Below, piece after piece: positions 1-9,785 of a DNA stretch of 64,000 bases. Both the position numbers and the translations under genes were made by a program. Numbering within the stretch: the first letter of the stretch is position 1; every line of letters starts with the position of its first letter. The stretch spans positions 6,511 through 70,510 of IMG/VR virus record IMGVR_UViG_3300035698_026847, one strand, 5' to 3'. Below the pieces are notes generated by a model. The model made no database searches and was not told the DNA's origin. It saw only the letters and a list, made by a program, of their open reading frames with translations. The DNA comes from a virus.

Positions 1-180
1 TTGAAATGAAGTGTCGGCAGCATCTGAAGATACCAAATCTCCCTCAAGGCCAACTTCGTTTAAATTTTCCTGAGCAAATTGTTTTAAATTTCCTAATCCG
101 GCAAAAACATGAACTGGTTTTACATCCGGAGACTTATCTTCCGTGTCTATAGTTAAGCTATTACAATTAAGATGAAACAT
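1..180 (-). CDS. hypothetical protein, runs off the window edge (MFHLNCNSLTIDTEDKSPDV...)
   Basis: ATG at 180 directly after the stop of the upstream gene; open for 60 codons to the window edge. Confidence 0.6.
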   Translation of the reverse strand, partial: MFHLNCNSLTIDTEDKSPDVKPVHVFAGLGNLKQFAQENLNEVGLEGDLVSSDAADTSFQ

Positions 181-181
181 T

Positions 182-1228
182 TTACCCTTCTCCATTTGAA
201 CGAGTCAAATTCAAAATTTTATTGCTTCTATCTACTTTCTTTTTATTAATAAACTCTGGCTCAGGATTGTCTAAATAATAACCAGACCTAGCTCGTTCTA
301 ATATATTGAATTTTTTTTCTGTCCTTTGCGTTTGCTCTCTTTTTTTTCTTCTCATATATGCTTTATGTTTTTCACGATCTTTAAAAAGTCTATTCATCAT
401 TGGAGTTTGGGCAATTTTCATTGTCGAAGCTGTTGGGGAAATGGTAGTGCCAAACATTTGCTCTTTTATTCCCTGTTGTAAATCTGCATTACTTGGTAAA
501 TGTTCTAATAGTCCATATCTTTCGTAAAACTCAATAGCCCTTTGAGGATCTACATCCATTGTCTTCTTAATTGTTCGCTGAACCATTTGACTATTAGGAT
601 GCTCTTGAAGAAACTCTACAAGATAAGGAATGAATTTTGGAATCTCTCTTTCATAATCTTCATCTACCGTCAAGTCAAACTGAACTGTAAATCTAATTCC
701 TCTTAGAATGATCTTGGGATTAATCGCTAGAGTCTTCTTTGGTTCCAATGGTGTTCTAAGAATTTTATTTTCTATGTCTGAAACTCCATACCCAGTAACA
801 TCCTGAATACCACCAGAATCCGGATCAAACAATAAAGTATTAATCGTAAAATCTCTCGAATAGACATCTTTATTTAATGGCGTTGGCTCGACTCCAAGTG
901 AATAAAGCTGATCTATAATATGAGGAACATTAAAAAAAGCATTATGAAATTCTATATCTCTTCCACTTGGCATTTGAATAAACGCTGTACCGGAAGATTC
1001 ATATATTTCAGGTTCCATAAGGTTATATTTTGCAGATACGAAAAATGCTAAATCAAAGGCATTGCCATAACCTTCTGTGACATCAAGATCGGTATCGTCA
1101 GAAACTCCCAATCCCATGACAAGATCACGAGGAAACCCTCCAACTACATATAACTTCATTTGGAGGTCTTTTGCAACGACATCTATTTGAGCTAAATCTT
1201 TAGCTATTTCTGATGGAAGCTGTATCAT
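182..1228 (-). CDS. tRNA nucleotidyltransferase (CCA-adding)/poly(A) polymerase family
   Basis: Class II nucleotidyltransferase motifs YVVGGFPRD, DLD, SRDFTINTL and RGIRF; basic C-terminal extension. Confidence 0.9.
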   Translation of the reverse strand: MIQLPSEIAKDLAQIDVVAKDLQMKLYVVGGFPRDLVMGLGVSDDTDLDVTEGYGNAFDLAFFVSAKYNLMEPEIYESSGTAFIQMPSGRDIEFHNAFFNVPHIIDQLYSLGVEPTPLNKDVYSRDFTINTLLFDPDSGGIQDVTGYGVSDIENKILRTPLEPKKTLAINPKIILRGIRFTVQFDLTVDEDYEREIPKFIPYLVEFLQEHPNSQMVQRTIKKTMDVDPQRAIEFYERYGLLEHLPSNADLQQGIKEQMFGTTISPTASTMKIAQTPMMNRLFKDREKHKAYMRRKKREQTQRTEKKFNILERARSGYYLDNPEPEFINKKKVDRSNKILNLTRSNGEG

Positions 1229-1569
1229 TTAAAAACAACCTCGTTATCATTCTTAATCATTCTTCTTCCTTTCGTTATACGATACTGATTAGGAGCGTCT
1301 ATATGTGATTCAATTACATATTTAATATCATAAACATCTGGTTTAATCGATCTTGTTTGCTGTGCGTTTAAGCGTTTTATATCTAATACTTCTCCTGAGG
1401 CGTTACAAAAAATAAGCGAAATTGGAAAATCAACATTTTTATTCCAGAATGTATGCTGTCCTTCTCTTGGGAAATCGAAAAAAGCACATTCATTTTTTTC
1501 CAAAGGACGATGATACATCAACCCTCTTGTTCTTTTCATATCGGTATCTGCGAGAAGAACAATTTTCAT
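1225..1569 (-). CDS. DUF192 family protein
   Basis: RTRGLMY...FWNKNVDFPISLIF...YVIE resembles the DUF192 pattern. Confidence 0.75.
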   Translation of the reverse strand: MKIVLLADTDMKRTRGLMYHRPLEKNECAFFDFPREGQHTFWNKNVDFPISLIFCNASGEVLDIKRLNAQQTRSIKPDVYDIKYVIESHIDAPNQYRITKGRRMIKNDNEVVFK

Positions 1570-2276
1570 CTTGAGTTTATCTCCGTCATAATAATTTCTG
1601 CAAAAGCTTTAATTCTATGGACGGGGACAGAAGACTTTGATGCTAGAGCTATTTTTCCTGAATTATCCAAAATCCTTTTCGACAGATGTAATACCTTGAC
1701 TAGTTCTTCGTCTGTATATTCTGTCAGACTCTTTCTCTCACCACTTGTTTTTTTTGTTTGAATTTCGTATGAAGAAAATTTGATTGGTTTAATGTTTTTC
1801 TGAGAAAAAGCTTTTTTAGGAATTGAAATAAATCTTGTTCCAAATTTTTCAGGATGACTTACCCTAACTAAAACCTCTTTTCCGAAATCATAGCTATTTT
1901 TTGATATAAGTTGTTTGGAAGCCTGTTTACAGAATGAAGATTCTTCTTCGTTTAAAATGGATTCCTTTAGAACCCTTTTACCAATCTGAGTAAGTCTAAA
2001 AACCCCTTCCTCTCCATCTATTAATCCCTTTGACTTTAGTATGGAAATATTTTGATGGGACATATCTTCGGCAATTCTCATTTTATCTTCGCCAAGATCA
2101 GTGGACTTTAACCACATCTCTTTCATCGCCTCCTTTTCCCTCTTCCCAGCCATTGGTTCTAGCAGAACAAATAATGGCTGATTCTGCATAAATGGAAGTA
2201 GCGAACTTATATCGCCTGGATCAAAATATTGTGCTTCTGACTCAATATCCTGAATTTTTCTGATTGGTAATGGCAT
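1566..2276 (-). CDS. hypothetical protein with a possible winged-helix segment
   Basis: AGGAG RBS; ILKSKGLIDG...FRLTQIGK resembles a winged-helix wing. Confidence 0.6.
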   Translation of the reverse strand: MPLPIRKIQDIESEAQYFDPGDISSLLPFMQNQPLFVLLEPMAGKREKEAMKEMWLKSTDLGEDKMRIAEDMSHQNISILKSKGLIDGEEGVFRLTQIGKRVLKESILNEEESSFCKQASKQLISKNSYDFGKEVLVRVSHPEKFGTRFISIPKKAFSQKNIKPIKFSSYEIQTKKTSGERKSLTEYTDEELVKVLHLSKRILDNSGKIALASKSSVPVHRIKAFAEIIMTEINSR

Positions 2277-2313
2277 CTGATTTCTCCTTAATTACTTTAC
2301 AATATATTTTGTT

Positions 2314-2628
2314 TCATCTACGCCTAGCGAATGTGTCTCTTGGTAAACGCTGTATTCTTCTTGCATTAAAATCTTCTATTCCACCCATTGGTTGACCGGA
2401 CAGAAGTTTTTCAGTAGTTTCAATTACAGTATTAAATATATCAGTTAAAGCGTCTCCGTCAATAGGTCCTTGACTTTCTCTTTTTGAAACTGCATCTTCT
2501 ATAACCTTTTCCGTTTTATAATCAAGACTAGTAAGCCCCATGTGCTCTGCAATTTTTTGCTTTATAGATTCCAAATTTAATGAAGTATCTTCTACTAATT
2601 CTTCAGCTTGTTTATACCATCCTCGCAT
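2314..2628 (-). CDS. hypothetical protein (MRGWYKQAE...)
   Basis: Start refined to ATG 2628 with AGGAGA RBS at 2635-2640. Confidence 0.7.
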   Translation of the reverse strand: MRGWYKQAEELVEDTSLNLESIKQKIAEHMGLTSLDYKTEKVIEDAVSKRESQGPIDGDALTDIFNTVIETTEKLLSGQPMGGIEDFNARRIQRLPRDTFARRR

Positions 2629-2639
2629 TGTGAATCTCC

Positions 2640-3569
2640 TTAATATGGTTTCAGCATGCCCATATTTCCCTTCTCCTGGACATAGGTTGACCATGGAACA
2701 ACTCTTTCTCTCATATCGCTATTAAATCTATTTTTATCCATTCCAGATTGATACCATCCTTCGTTATCATCTCTGTTATGTGGCCAAGCACCTGGATTCC
2801 CTTTGCGTGGGTTACCAGGATTATATCTTGGATCTTTTTTTCTTCGTCCTCTAATTTTATATGTATTGGCTGGAGCAATAGCATCTCCGCCAGTATCTAC
2901 TTTTTCTACTCTAATATATCTTTCTGAACCATTTTTACCCTTTACCTTGATGACTTTGTATGATTTTCTATTCTTCTGTTTCCAATCGTCATATTCTTCT
3001 AGAGCATATTCGTTCATTTGAGACCATGGAATAACTCTTGCGTCTTCGCTTAAGTCAGTTCTACCCATCATCTGATTCGCCGGATTGTTATATGAAATAC
3101 CAGGTATCGCTGGAGTGGCTGCTACGGTATACGATCTGCGAAGTGTAATTTTATTACTAAGCCTTGTTGATTTTTGTGTTCTAATTCTTTGTTTTTTAGG
3201 TTTCTTCGTATACTGAATGTCGAAAGGTTTCATTGAATGTTTGCATTTTGTGCATTCGTATGTCAGATAATCATCTCCATCAATTGAAATGCTATAATTT
3301 CCCCAGATTCCATTCTCAGATAAATCAGCACCACAACCGTTGGCCCCTGGTTCTTCGCCACATCTATCAAGTTTAATTGGATCTGACGAATCTTTATTCA
3401 TTTTACGAACATCAGTTATCATCCCCGGTAATCTCTGTGAACCATCAGGAGAAAGTTGATTTCCTCGTAAAAGATTTTGATCAGCAAGATTCCCCGGAGT
3501 CATCACAGCATCTGGGCCAATAAATTCATTTGCCTGCTTGTTTAGTCTTTTGTACCAATTATCTAACAT
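2640..3569 (-). CDS. hypothetical protein (MLDNWYKR...) with Cys motifs, possible virion protein
   Basis: Start refined to ATG 3569 with AAGGA RBS; lies downstream of a terminator and a promoter-like motif. Confidence 0.7.
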   Translation of the reverse strand: MLDNWYKRLNKQANEFIGPDAVMTPGNLADQNLLRGNQLSPDGSQRLPGMITDVRKMNKDSSDPIKLDRCGEEPGANGCGADLSENGIWGNYSISIDGDDYLTYECTKCKHSMKPFDIQYTKKPKKQRIRTQKSTRLSNKITLRRSYTVAATPAIPGISYNNPANQMMGRTDLSEDARVIPWSQMNEYALEEYDDWKQKNRKSYKVIKVKGKNGSERYIRVEKVDTGGDAIAPANTYKIRGRRKKDPRYNPGNPRKGNPGAWPHNRDDNEGWYQSGMDKNRFNSDMRERVVPWSTYVQEKGNMGMLKPY

Positions 3570-3604
3570 TTCATACTGTTCCTTCAGACATGTATTATGT
3601 CTAA

Positions 3605-3634
3605 TATATTCGAGTATCAAGACCAAAATTCCTT
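3605..3634 (-). promoter_or_regulatory. SigH-like promoter AAGGA-N18-GAATATA
   Basis: Minus strand AAGGAATTTTGGTCTTGATACTCGAATATA; same pattern at 10248-10277; resembles the Bacillus sigma-H consensus AGGA-N17/18-GAAT. Confidence 0.5.
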
Positions 3635-3639
3635 GCACT

Positions 3640-3684
3640 AAAAAGAAAAGACCCATCTTTATTCTATGGAATAAAGACGGGCCT
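3640..3684 (-). terminator. Rho-independent terminator after the helicase gene
   Basis: Minus strand AGGCCCGTCTTTATTC-CATA-GAATAAAGATGGGTCT stem (with G:U pairs) followed by a T tract. Confidence 0.8.
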
Positions 3685-3708
3685 AAACAATTTACTTAAT
3701 AAAACTTA

Positions 3709-6700
3709 TTAGAGATTTAAATGTTCATAAACCTTTTTATATGTCGTTTTACCGATTGCCTTTTCGCAGACATCTTTATTTGATGGATCTAAAATTTGAG
3801 ATTGGGAAGTAATACCTTTTGCCTCAAGGTTTTCTGCCCTTTTCTTACCTATATTCGGAATATCGACTAACTCTGCCAATGTTCCGCGAACACCATACTT
3901 CAACCTACATTCAAGATTCTTCCAATCTCTACCCCATCCAAATCCCGGAACTTTACCTGGATTTCGTTTATGGAAATATCTTCCGACATACATGTCGCAT
4001 TGTCTCAAAGTGGAGATAACTCTTTCTATGTCTCTTGTTATACCCATAAAATACGAATTTAAAGGAGAACTAACCTCTTTGCCGCTTAATAATCTGTAAA
4101 AAATAGCTACATACTTTATGTTTGGATTGTTATCTGGAGCCATATTCAGCAAATTTGCCACTTCCATAACATCTTCTGTGGCTTTTTCAAGATTAGTGAT
4201 ATAGACGCCTGCACTTGGTGCTTGAACAAATTTCCTAGTAAATTCATCATACTTCCATGTAATACCCCAGTTATAACATCTTGCTAATGCAGTAGCAATT
4301 CTTAAATTATCTTGAACTTCGACATCATATGGGGCTCCTACTTTTGTTTTTATTCTATAAATTTTACTAAAATTCTTAAACCAATCAGACACATCGAGAG
4401 GGCTCATGTACATTTTGGCGGTTATTTCGCCAAGTTTTGTAGCCTTATATTCTCCATTTTTTAGCGATATCATTGATCGCATACGCAGATTTTCAAGAAC
4501 CGTGTTACATTTTTCAACTGATAATGGTTTTCCCTGAAGACTGGCAAGTGTCTTCTTATACCATTCGAAAAAGTCTTCTGCGTTTTTGATAATCCCATCA
4601 CATATATAGGAAAGAATATGGAACATCAATAGATTAGGATCACTAAGAGTTGATTCGATTAGATAGTCTTGAAAAATTCTCTTTTGCTCTTTTGCTTTCT
4701 CATGAGCTGGGATAACGACTATTGCATCACCTTTATCGCTCCATCCTGTTCTACCGGCTCTACCAATCGCCTGAATAATATTTGATGGATGCATTGGAGT
4801 TAATCCAAATTTTGTATGTGACTGGATAACATATCTTGCAGCTGAATTAATTCCCCAAGATAAAGTGGTGGTGGCAATCAATACATTAAAGTCTCCATTA
4901 CGAAAGCCTTCTTCAATGTCTTTTCTCCCATGAACAGTTATACTACCATTTTCACCTTTTATTTTCTTAGTTTCTCGTCCAATATCAGCATTATGGAAAC
5001 GATGATCAATTTTCTTTCTTAGTAATTCTGAAGACAGTTTTCTACCAAATGCTTTTGATCCGGTAAATACCAATATTGGCTCATCCTTATAGCGATCAAC
5101 TAGATCTACTACTTTGGAAAGTCTCTTTTCTTCAATTTTCGCATATGCTCTTTGAGAGCTGAATGTTTCAACACGTTTATTCAATTTACATGGTCTATAA
5201 CTACTAACGATCATTTTTGACGGTCTGCCAGTCATATGTTCTAACCATTTCCCAAAGTCATCTACATTGGGGAGTGTTGCCGATAGAAATAACGCTCTTG
5301 ATTTTGGAGAATTTTCAAAGTATTGAATCAATCCAACTTCTAAAGCATCACCTCTTCCTTCAAGCCCGATTAAATGACAATTTGAAACTAAAACCGAATT
5401 TGCGAAATAATTATGATTATCTTCAACTTCTAAATTGTAAACATGTTTTATTTTTCCGCTTCCAAATTTATTGACTTCAATTACCTTACAGTCATGATTT
5501 CCTATGAAAGTTTTAATTTTTTCTTTATCTATTTTTTTAGCATCTAGATATAGGCATTTGTATTTAATTTCATTATATTTTTTTATTATTTCATTTTTTT
5601 CTTCTATAGTATGCCAATATTCAAAATCTCCAACTTCTATAACCTTTTTCTGTCCTTCGATTATAAAATCTGGATTTTTATTTTTTCCATTTTTAAATCT
5701 AACCCAAAAAGATCCGTCTCCAGTATATTTTAAATCTTTTAATTCCATTTTAATTATTTCTAATTCACATGATGTCTTTCTGTCTTTATTATAATATGGA
5801 GCATTCATGAAAATTTGTATTCTTTTATTCCTTTCTTCTTCAGGCATATTATCCCACCATTTTTTTATTCCATATTTCATTTTTTTCAATGTATCTTCAT
5901 GCCTGAATACAGGATTATTTTTTCCTCTCCTTTTCTCTCCCATTTTCTTCATTGATTTCCAGAATTCAGGATTGTTTAATCTTTTTTTTGTATCTTTTTC
6001 TATATCTATTTTCGAATGCATATCATTATGAGCAACTTGAGTATGACCCATTAGTTGATATTTATTGTCAAATTTTCTATTGCATAAATCGCATTTAATT
6101 GAATATTCAATTCCATGATTTTTCATATAATGTTTAGATAATGTTTTTTCATTTTTATAATATGTTTTGCATTTCTCACAATGCCAATTTTTTTTTGCTG
6201 TTTTGTTTTTATGAGAAGATATATGTCTATTCATTTCACCTTTCATCAAAAAGGTATCAAAACATAAAGGACATTCATATTTTGTTCCACAATTTTTTTT
6301 ATGTTTTGTAAAATCACTAAACCTTCTGTATATCCTGTCACATACACTACATTTATAATTCATTCCTCTTAGATGACTTTCAATATAATGTGGAACTAGT
6401 ATTTTCTTATGTATTTTTTTATTGCAAATTGGACATATATTATCTCTAGATGTACCTATTGTTTTTATAATGTCATTTTCTTTAATATTTTCTGCCTTAA
6501 TAAATCCTTTATTTTTTACCCATATTTTATGGTTTTTAGTACAGACAATTTTCTTCTCGTCTTCATTATCGTTTAAAAATTTTATAGAAACCATTCCGCT
6601 TCCAGAAAAATCGTTTTTTATTTTTCTAATAACTTTTTTCTTTTCAAATTTTTTTTCTTCAAAGTTATATGACATTACATGCGTTATAGAATCGGATTCG

Positions 6701-7263
6701 TATATACTTTTAATTGGGACTTCTATATTTTCATCAATTAATATTTTTGTTTTAGCAGGAAAACATTCATCAGTTACTAATGTAGAATCTTTGAGCCAGG
6801 TATGTACATTGAAAAAACGGCATTTCGAATTGAACATCTCTGGCGTCAGTATGATTAAATTAGCCTTTTTTAATCTACTTTTTAGCTCATCGGTGACATC
6901 TATGTCCCCTGTTAATATTTCAATTCTAAATTTACTGAAAGTATGTTCTTTGCTTGTCCATTCTCGATATTTTTCATCAGCCAAAGCCTTCATTGGAGCG
7001 ATGTATAGAACTCGTTTTTTCGTTTTAATTGCTCTTGCCGCGAATAACTCAGCGATAACTGTTTTACCACCTGATGTTGCGGCAGCAACAACGACATTTA
7101 CATCATCTTCTTCGTTATATGGAAGATAATCGCTCTGTGGTGGATTCAAATATTCAAACGGTAATGAGAGATATTCTTTCACCTCATCCGTATGAACACA
7201 TGGATATGGTTTATTGTGCTTACCAAGAGGTTGCACAACTTTTGTTGGATATTTTTTTGGCAT
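3709..7263 (-). CDS. Ski2/Hel308-like SF2 helicase containing an intein
   Basis: ATSGGKT (motif I), APMKALA, TPE, spliced DE|CH motif II, LSAT, QAIGRAGR (motif VI), C-terminal HhH (IPNIGKKRA). Confidence 0.9.
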   Translation of the reverse strand: MPKKYPTKVVQPLGKHNKPYPCVHTDEVKEYLSLPFEYLNPPQSDYLPYNEEDDVNVVVAAATSGGKTVIAELFAARAIKTKKRVLYIAPMKALADEKYREWTSKEHTFSKFRIEILTGDIDVTDELKSRLKKANLIILTPEMFNSKCRFFNVHTWLKDSTLVTDECFPAKTKILIDENIEVPIKSIYESDSITHVMSYNFEEKKFEKKKVIRKIKNDFSGSGMVSIKFLNDNEDEKKIVCTKNHKIWVKNKGFIKAENIKENDIIKTIGTSRDNICPICNKKIHKKILVPHYIESHLRGMNYKCSVCDRIYRRFSDFTKHKKNCGTKYECPLCFDTFLMKGEMNRHISSHKNKTAKKNWHCEKCKTYYKNEKTLSKHYMKNHGIEYSIKCDLCNRKFDNKYQLMGHTQVAHNDMHSKIDIEKDTKKRLNNPEFWKSMKKMGEKRRGKNNPVFRHEDTLKKMKYGIKKWWDNMPEEERNKRIQIFMNAPYYNKDRKTSCELEIIKMELKDLKYTGDGSFWVRFKNGKNKNPDFIIEGQKKVIEVGDFEYWHTIEEKNEIIKKYNEIKYKCLYLDAKKIDKEKIKTFIGNHDCKVIEVNKFGSGKIKHVYNLEVEDNHNYFANSVLVSNCHLIGLEGRGDALEVGLIQYFENSPKSRALFLSATLPNVDDFGKWLEHMTGRPSKMIVSSYRPCKLNKRVETFSSQRAYAKIEEKRLSKVVDLVDRYKDEPILVFTGSKAFGRKLSSELLRKKIDHRFHNADIGRETKKIKGENGSITVHGRKDIEEGFRNGDFNVLIATTTLSWGINSAARYVIQSHTKFGLTPMHPSNIIQAIGRAGRTGWSDKGDAIVVIPAHEKAKEQKRIFQDYLIESTLSDPNLLMFHILSYICDGIIKNAEDFFEWYKKTLASLQGKPLSVEKCNTVLENLRMRSMISLKNGEYKATKLGEITAKMYMSPLDVSDWFKNFSKIYRIKTKVGAPYDVEVQDNLRIATALARCYNWGITWKYDEFTRKFVQAPSAGVYITNLEKATEDVMEVANLLNMAPDNNPNIKYVAIFYRLLSGKEVSSPLNSYFMGITRDIERVISTLRQCDMYVGRYFHKRNPGKVPGFGWGRDWKNLECRLKYGVRGTLAELVDIPNIGKKRAENLEAKGITSQSQILDPSNKDVCEKAIGKTTYKKVYEHLNL
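5380..6765 (-). mobile_element. 462-aa intein in helicase motif II with a C2H2 zinc-finger array and Vsr/PD-(D/E)xK-like endonuclease
   Basis: Starts CFPAKTKILI; block B CTKNHKIW; block F VYNLEVEDNHNYFAN; ends VLVSN|C; removal restores DECH. Confidence 0.92.
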
Positions 7264-7289
7264 TTTTTTCCGCTTTCCAAGAGATTAAT

Positions 7290-7829
7290 TTAAAGGCGAC
7301 GCTTTCTCTTACGGAAATTATACGATGATTGAGGTGAGTTTTTTGATTTCGGTTCTGTTTGATGTTTTCGTGGAGACATAAGTCTTTCTTTAATTAAATC
7401 GATATGTTTCTGAAATTCACTTCTTGCAGGATTATCATCTATATCATTATTTTTTTTATTTCGTTTAAATTGCCTAGATAATCTGTCAAGCTTCTTAATC
7501 AATCCTACTACTTTACATGGACGAATCATGATTTTTTGAGAACCAGAAGACATTGGCTTCAAAAATAAACTGATATTGTCATGAGATATATTATTGTCAA
7601 TACCTATGAATTTTTCCAACAAAGTAACAAGTCCAAACATTTCTTCTGGAGTTTCTGGATCGTGTAAACCTCTTGCAACAACTGTTTTTAGAACAGTATA
7701 TCTTGATGCCGCGTTTAGTTTCCTGTCTTGTTCTTCAAAACCATCTATAATGATATCAAGATTATTAAACAAAAATTCTTTTTGTTCTCGATTAAGATTA
7801 AATGCTTTTTTGTAAAGATTATATAACAC
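7290..7829 (-). CDS. hypothetical protein (MLYNLYKKAF...)
   Basis: 179-aa ORF packed between genes on the coding strand. Confidence 0.65.
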   Translation of the reverse strand: MLYNLYKKAFNLNREQKEFLFNNLDIIIDGFEEQDRKLNAASRYTVLKTVVARGLHDPETPEEMFGLVTLLEKFIGIDNNISHDNISLFLKPMSSGSQKIMIRPCKVVGLIKKLDRLSRQFKRNKKNNDIDDNPARSEFQKHIDLIKERLMSPRKHQTEPKSKNSPQSSYNFRKRKRRL

Positions 7830-7831
7830 TT

Positions 7832-8917
7832 TTATCCCTCTATGAATTCAAACTTGATATTGTTTTGCTTTAGAAATGGTTTTACCACATCAATTGGAAT
7901 AGCTGCATTTAATCCGGAATCTCCACCTTCTTCAGTATTGATTACAGCTGCTGCAATTCCGATTACTGCTCCGTTTGATATCTTAACAACCGGACCTCCG
8001 CTATTCCCTGGATTGATATTTGTTGACACGAATAGGTATTGTTTGGCACCCTCACCTTCTTGATAGTCAATTGGAGAGCTTGAAACAATTCCTTTTCCTA
8101 GAACATTTTCAAATCCAAGTGGAGTTCCAACGGTTATGATTTCTTCTCCGGGGCTAATCTGACTTGAATTTCCAAGACGCAGAGGACTATTGAATGCGAA
8201 AGATGGATCTGCGATAGAAATGACTGCGGCATCAATGTTTACGTCATGTGCGACAATTTGACCTGGATAATCTTGTTTATCAATACGTATCGAAATCTGA
8301 GCATCAAGTGATTTAAATCCTGGGATAACGACGTGGGCACATGTTAATATAAGATTTGGACCTATGAAAAAACCACTACCTATTTCACGAACACCATCCA
8401 AGGTTGTATTGATCGTAATCGTTGATTGAAAAACAGATAAAGTAATATCTTTACTGTTCTGTTCCGGTTGAGGCTGCTGTGATTGTTGCTGTTGTGGTTG
8501 TGGTTGCTGTTGTTCTTGCTCTTCTTTGTCTCCTTTCATGATTTCTTTATATGTGTTAGAGAACCAATCAGAACCTCCCCATGTCGGCATTTTTGGCCCT
8601 TCGGTTCCCCATTGAGATTCTTTTTTCAATCTATTAAAGAAGGCACTAATAGTTGTTTTTTTTATTCTTTTACGATTTTTTTTCTTTTTCTTTTTTTTTA
8701 ATTCTTCTAATTTCTTTTCTACTAGTGGATTTTTATCGTCTTTCTCCATATATCGATTAGCGTGTCCTTTACCCGTACTCGGTTCAAGTAATCCAAAATG
8801 TTCATCTCCACCAGCATGTCCCCATGGAGAAGTACGAGTTTTGTCGGTAAGCTCGGAAGGACCAAATGGATCTACTCCGAAAAGACTGGAAATTTTATAC
8901 CAATATTGATTTTTCAT
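7832..8917 (-). CDS. trypsin-like (S1/HtrA-type) serine protease with a long low-complexity N-terminus and no PDZ domain
   Basis: Catalytic triad contexts TCAHVV, IDAAVI and NPGNSGGP; poly-K and Q/P-rich linker. Confidence 0.9.
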   Translation of the reverse strand: MKNQYWYKISSLFGVDPFGPSELTDKTRTSPWGHAGGDEHFGLLEPSTGKGHANRYMEKDDKNPLVEKKLEELKKKKKKKNRKRIKKTTISAFFNRLKKESQWGTEGPKMPTWGGSDWFSNTYKEIMKGDKEEQEQQQPQPQQQQSQQPQPEQNSKDITLSVFQSTITINTTLDGVREIGSGFFIGPNLILTCAHVVIPGFKSLDAQISIRIDKQDYPGQIVAHDVNIDAAVISIADPSFAFNSPLRLGNSSQISPGEEIITVGTPLGFENVLGKGIVSSSPIDYQEGEGAKQYLFVSTNINPGNSGGPVVKISNGAVIGIAAAVINTEEGGDSGLNAAIPIDVVKPFLKQNNIKFEFIEG

Positions 8918-9770
8918 AAGAAAATCTCCAACCTTTAACTGTTTTTATTTTTCCGCTTAAACACATACTTATGTTAGAAGAAAATAGACCTAATTTTTTA
9001 GCAGCATTAGTTTGTGAATTAAAATCTATAATTTTATTTCCTTTTTTAGCATAAAATACCTTATAAATATCTGTTTTTATAATTTCATCATAGTTAATTT
9101 TATCATATGAAAAATGCCATCCATCAACTGTGTTTCCATTCCCCTTTCCGTTTAGAATTGCATTAATATAATGTCTTTTAATTCCAATTGATCTTTCTCC
9201 CTCTCTTTCACTATAAAATTCTAAAATTAAATTTTCTTTTTGTGCGAAAAAAAGATTTGGATGATTTTCATCTTTATTATATGTAAAAAACCAGCCGTTT
9301 GATGTATTTCTTTTTCCTTTTTTCTTTAATATTTCAGAAACATGTCTTCTGTTACATTTGATTTCTTTAACCGCATCTGATATTAAATTAAATTCCAATG
9401 TCCAGCCGTTTTTCTTAGCAAAAAAAGACTTTCCTCCCTTTTTTCTACTTATTTTTATTTTCGTTTCCGCTGAATGTTTTCCGCCTCTTCCACCGTCTTT
9501 TATATTATATCCTATATTTTTATCTGTTGAATCGAATTTTATTATATAAAAAGATTCTAATTCATCTAGTTCTTTTTGATTATCTGATTCTGCTAAAATT
9601 TTCCAATCAAAATTATCTTTACCGTATTTCCTTAGTGATCTGCCTATTAACATAGATCTTTTTTCTCTATAATGATTCCCAATTCTTGTTTTTAGACTTT
9701 TCCATGTTTGGCCAATATATATTTTTTCATTTATTTTATTTTTCCCAAGATATATGATTCCTTTTTTCAT
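8895..9770 (-). CDS. free-standing GIY-YIG homing endonuclease with NUMOD-like DNA-binding repeats
   Basis: GIIY...YIGQT, conserved R and E residues, GYN, HSAETKIKIS (NUMOD3-like), three HTH repeats ending GWxF. Confidence 0.9.
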   Translation of the reverse strand: MKKGIIYLGKNKINEKIYIGQTWKSLKTRIGNHYREKRSMLIGRSLRKYGKDNFDWKILAESDNQKELDELESFYIIKFDSTDKNIGYNIKDGGRGGKHSAETKIKISRKKGGKSFFAKKNGWTLEFNLISDAVKEIKCNRRHVSEILKKKGKRNTSNGWFFTYNKDENHPNLFFAQKENLILEFYSEREGERSIGIKRHYINAILNGKGNGNTVDGWHFSYDKINYDEIIKTDIYKVFYAKKGNKIIDFNSQTNAAKKLGLFSSNISMCLSGKIKTVKGWRFSYEKSILV

Positions 9771-9785
9771 TTTAATTAATCTTCT

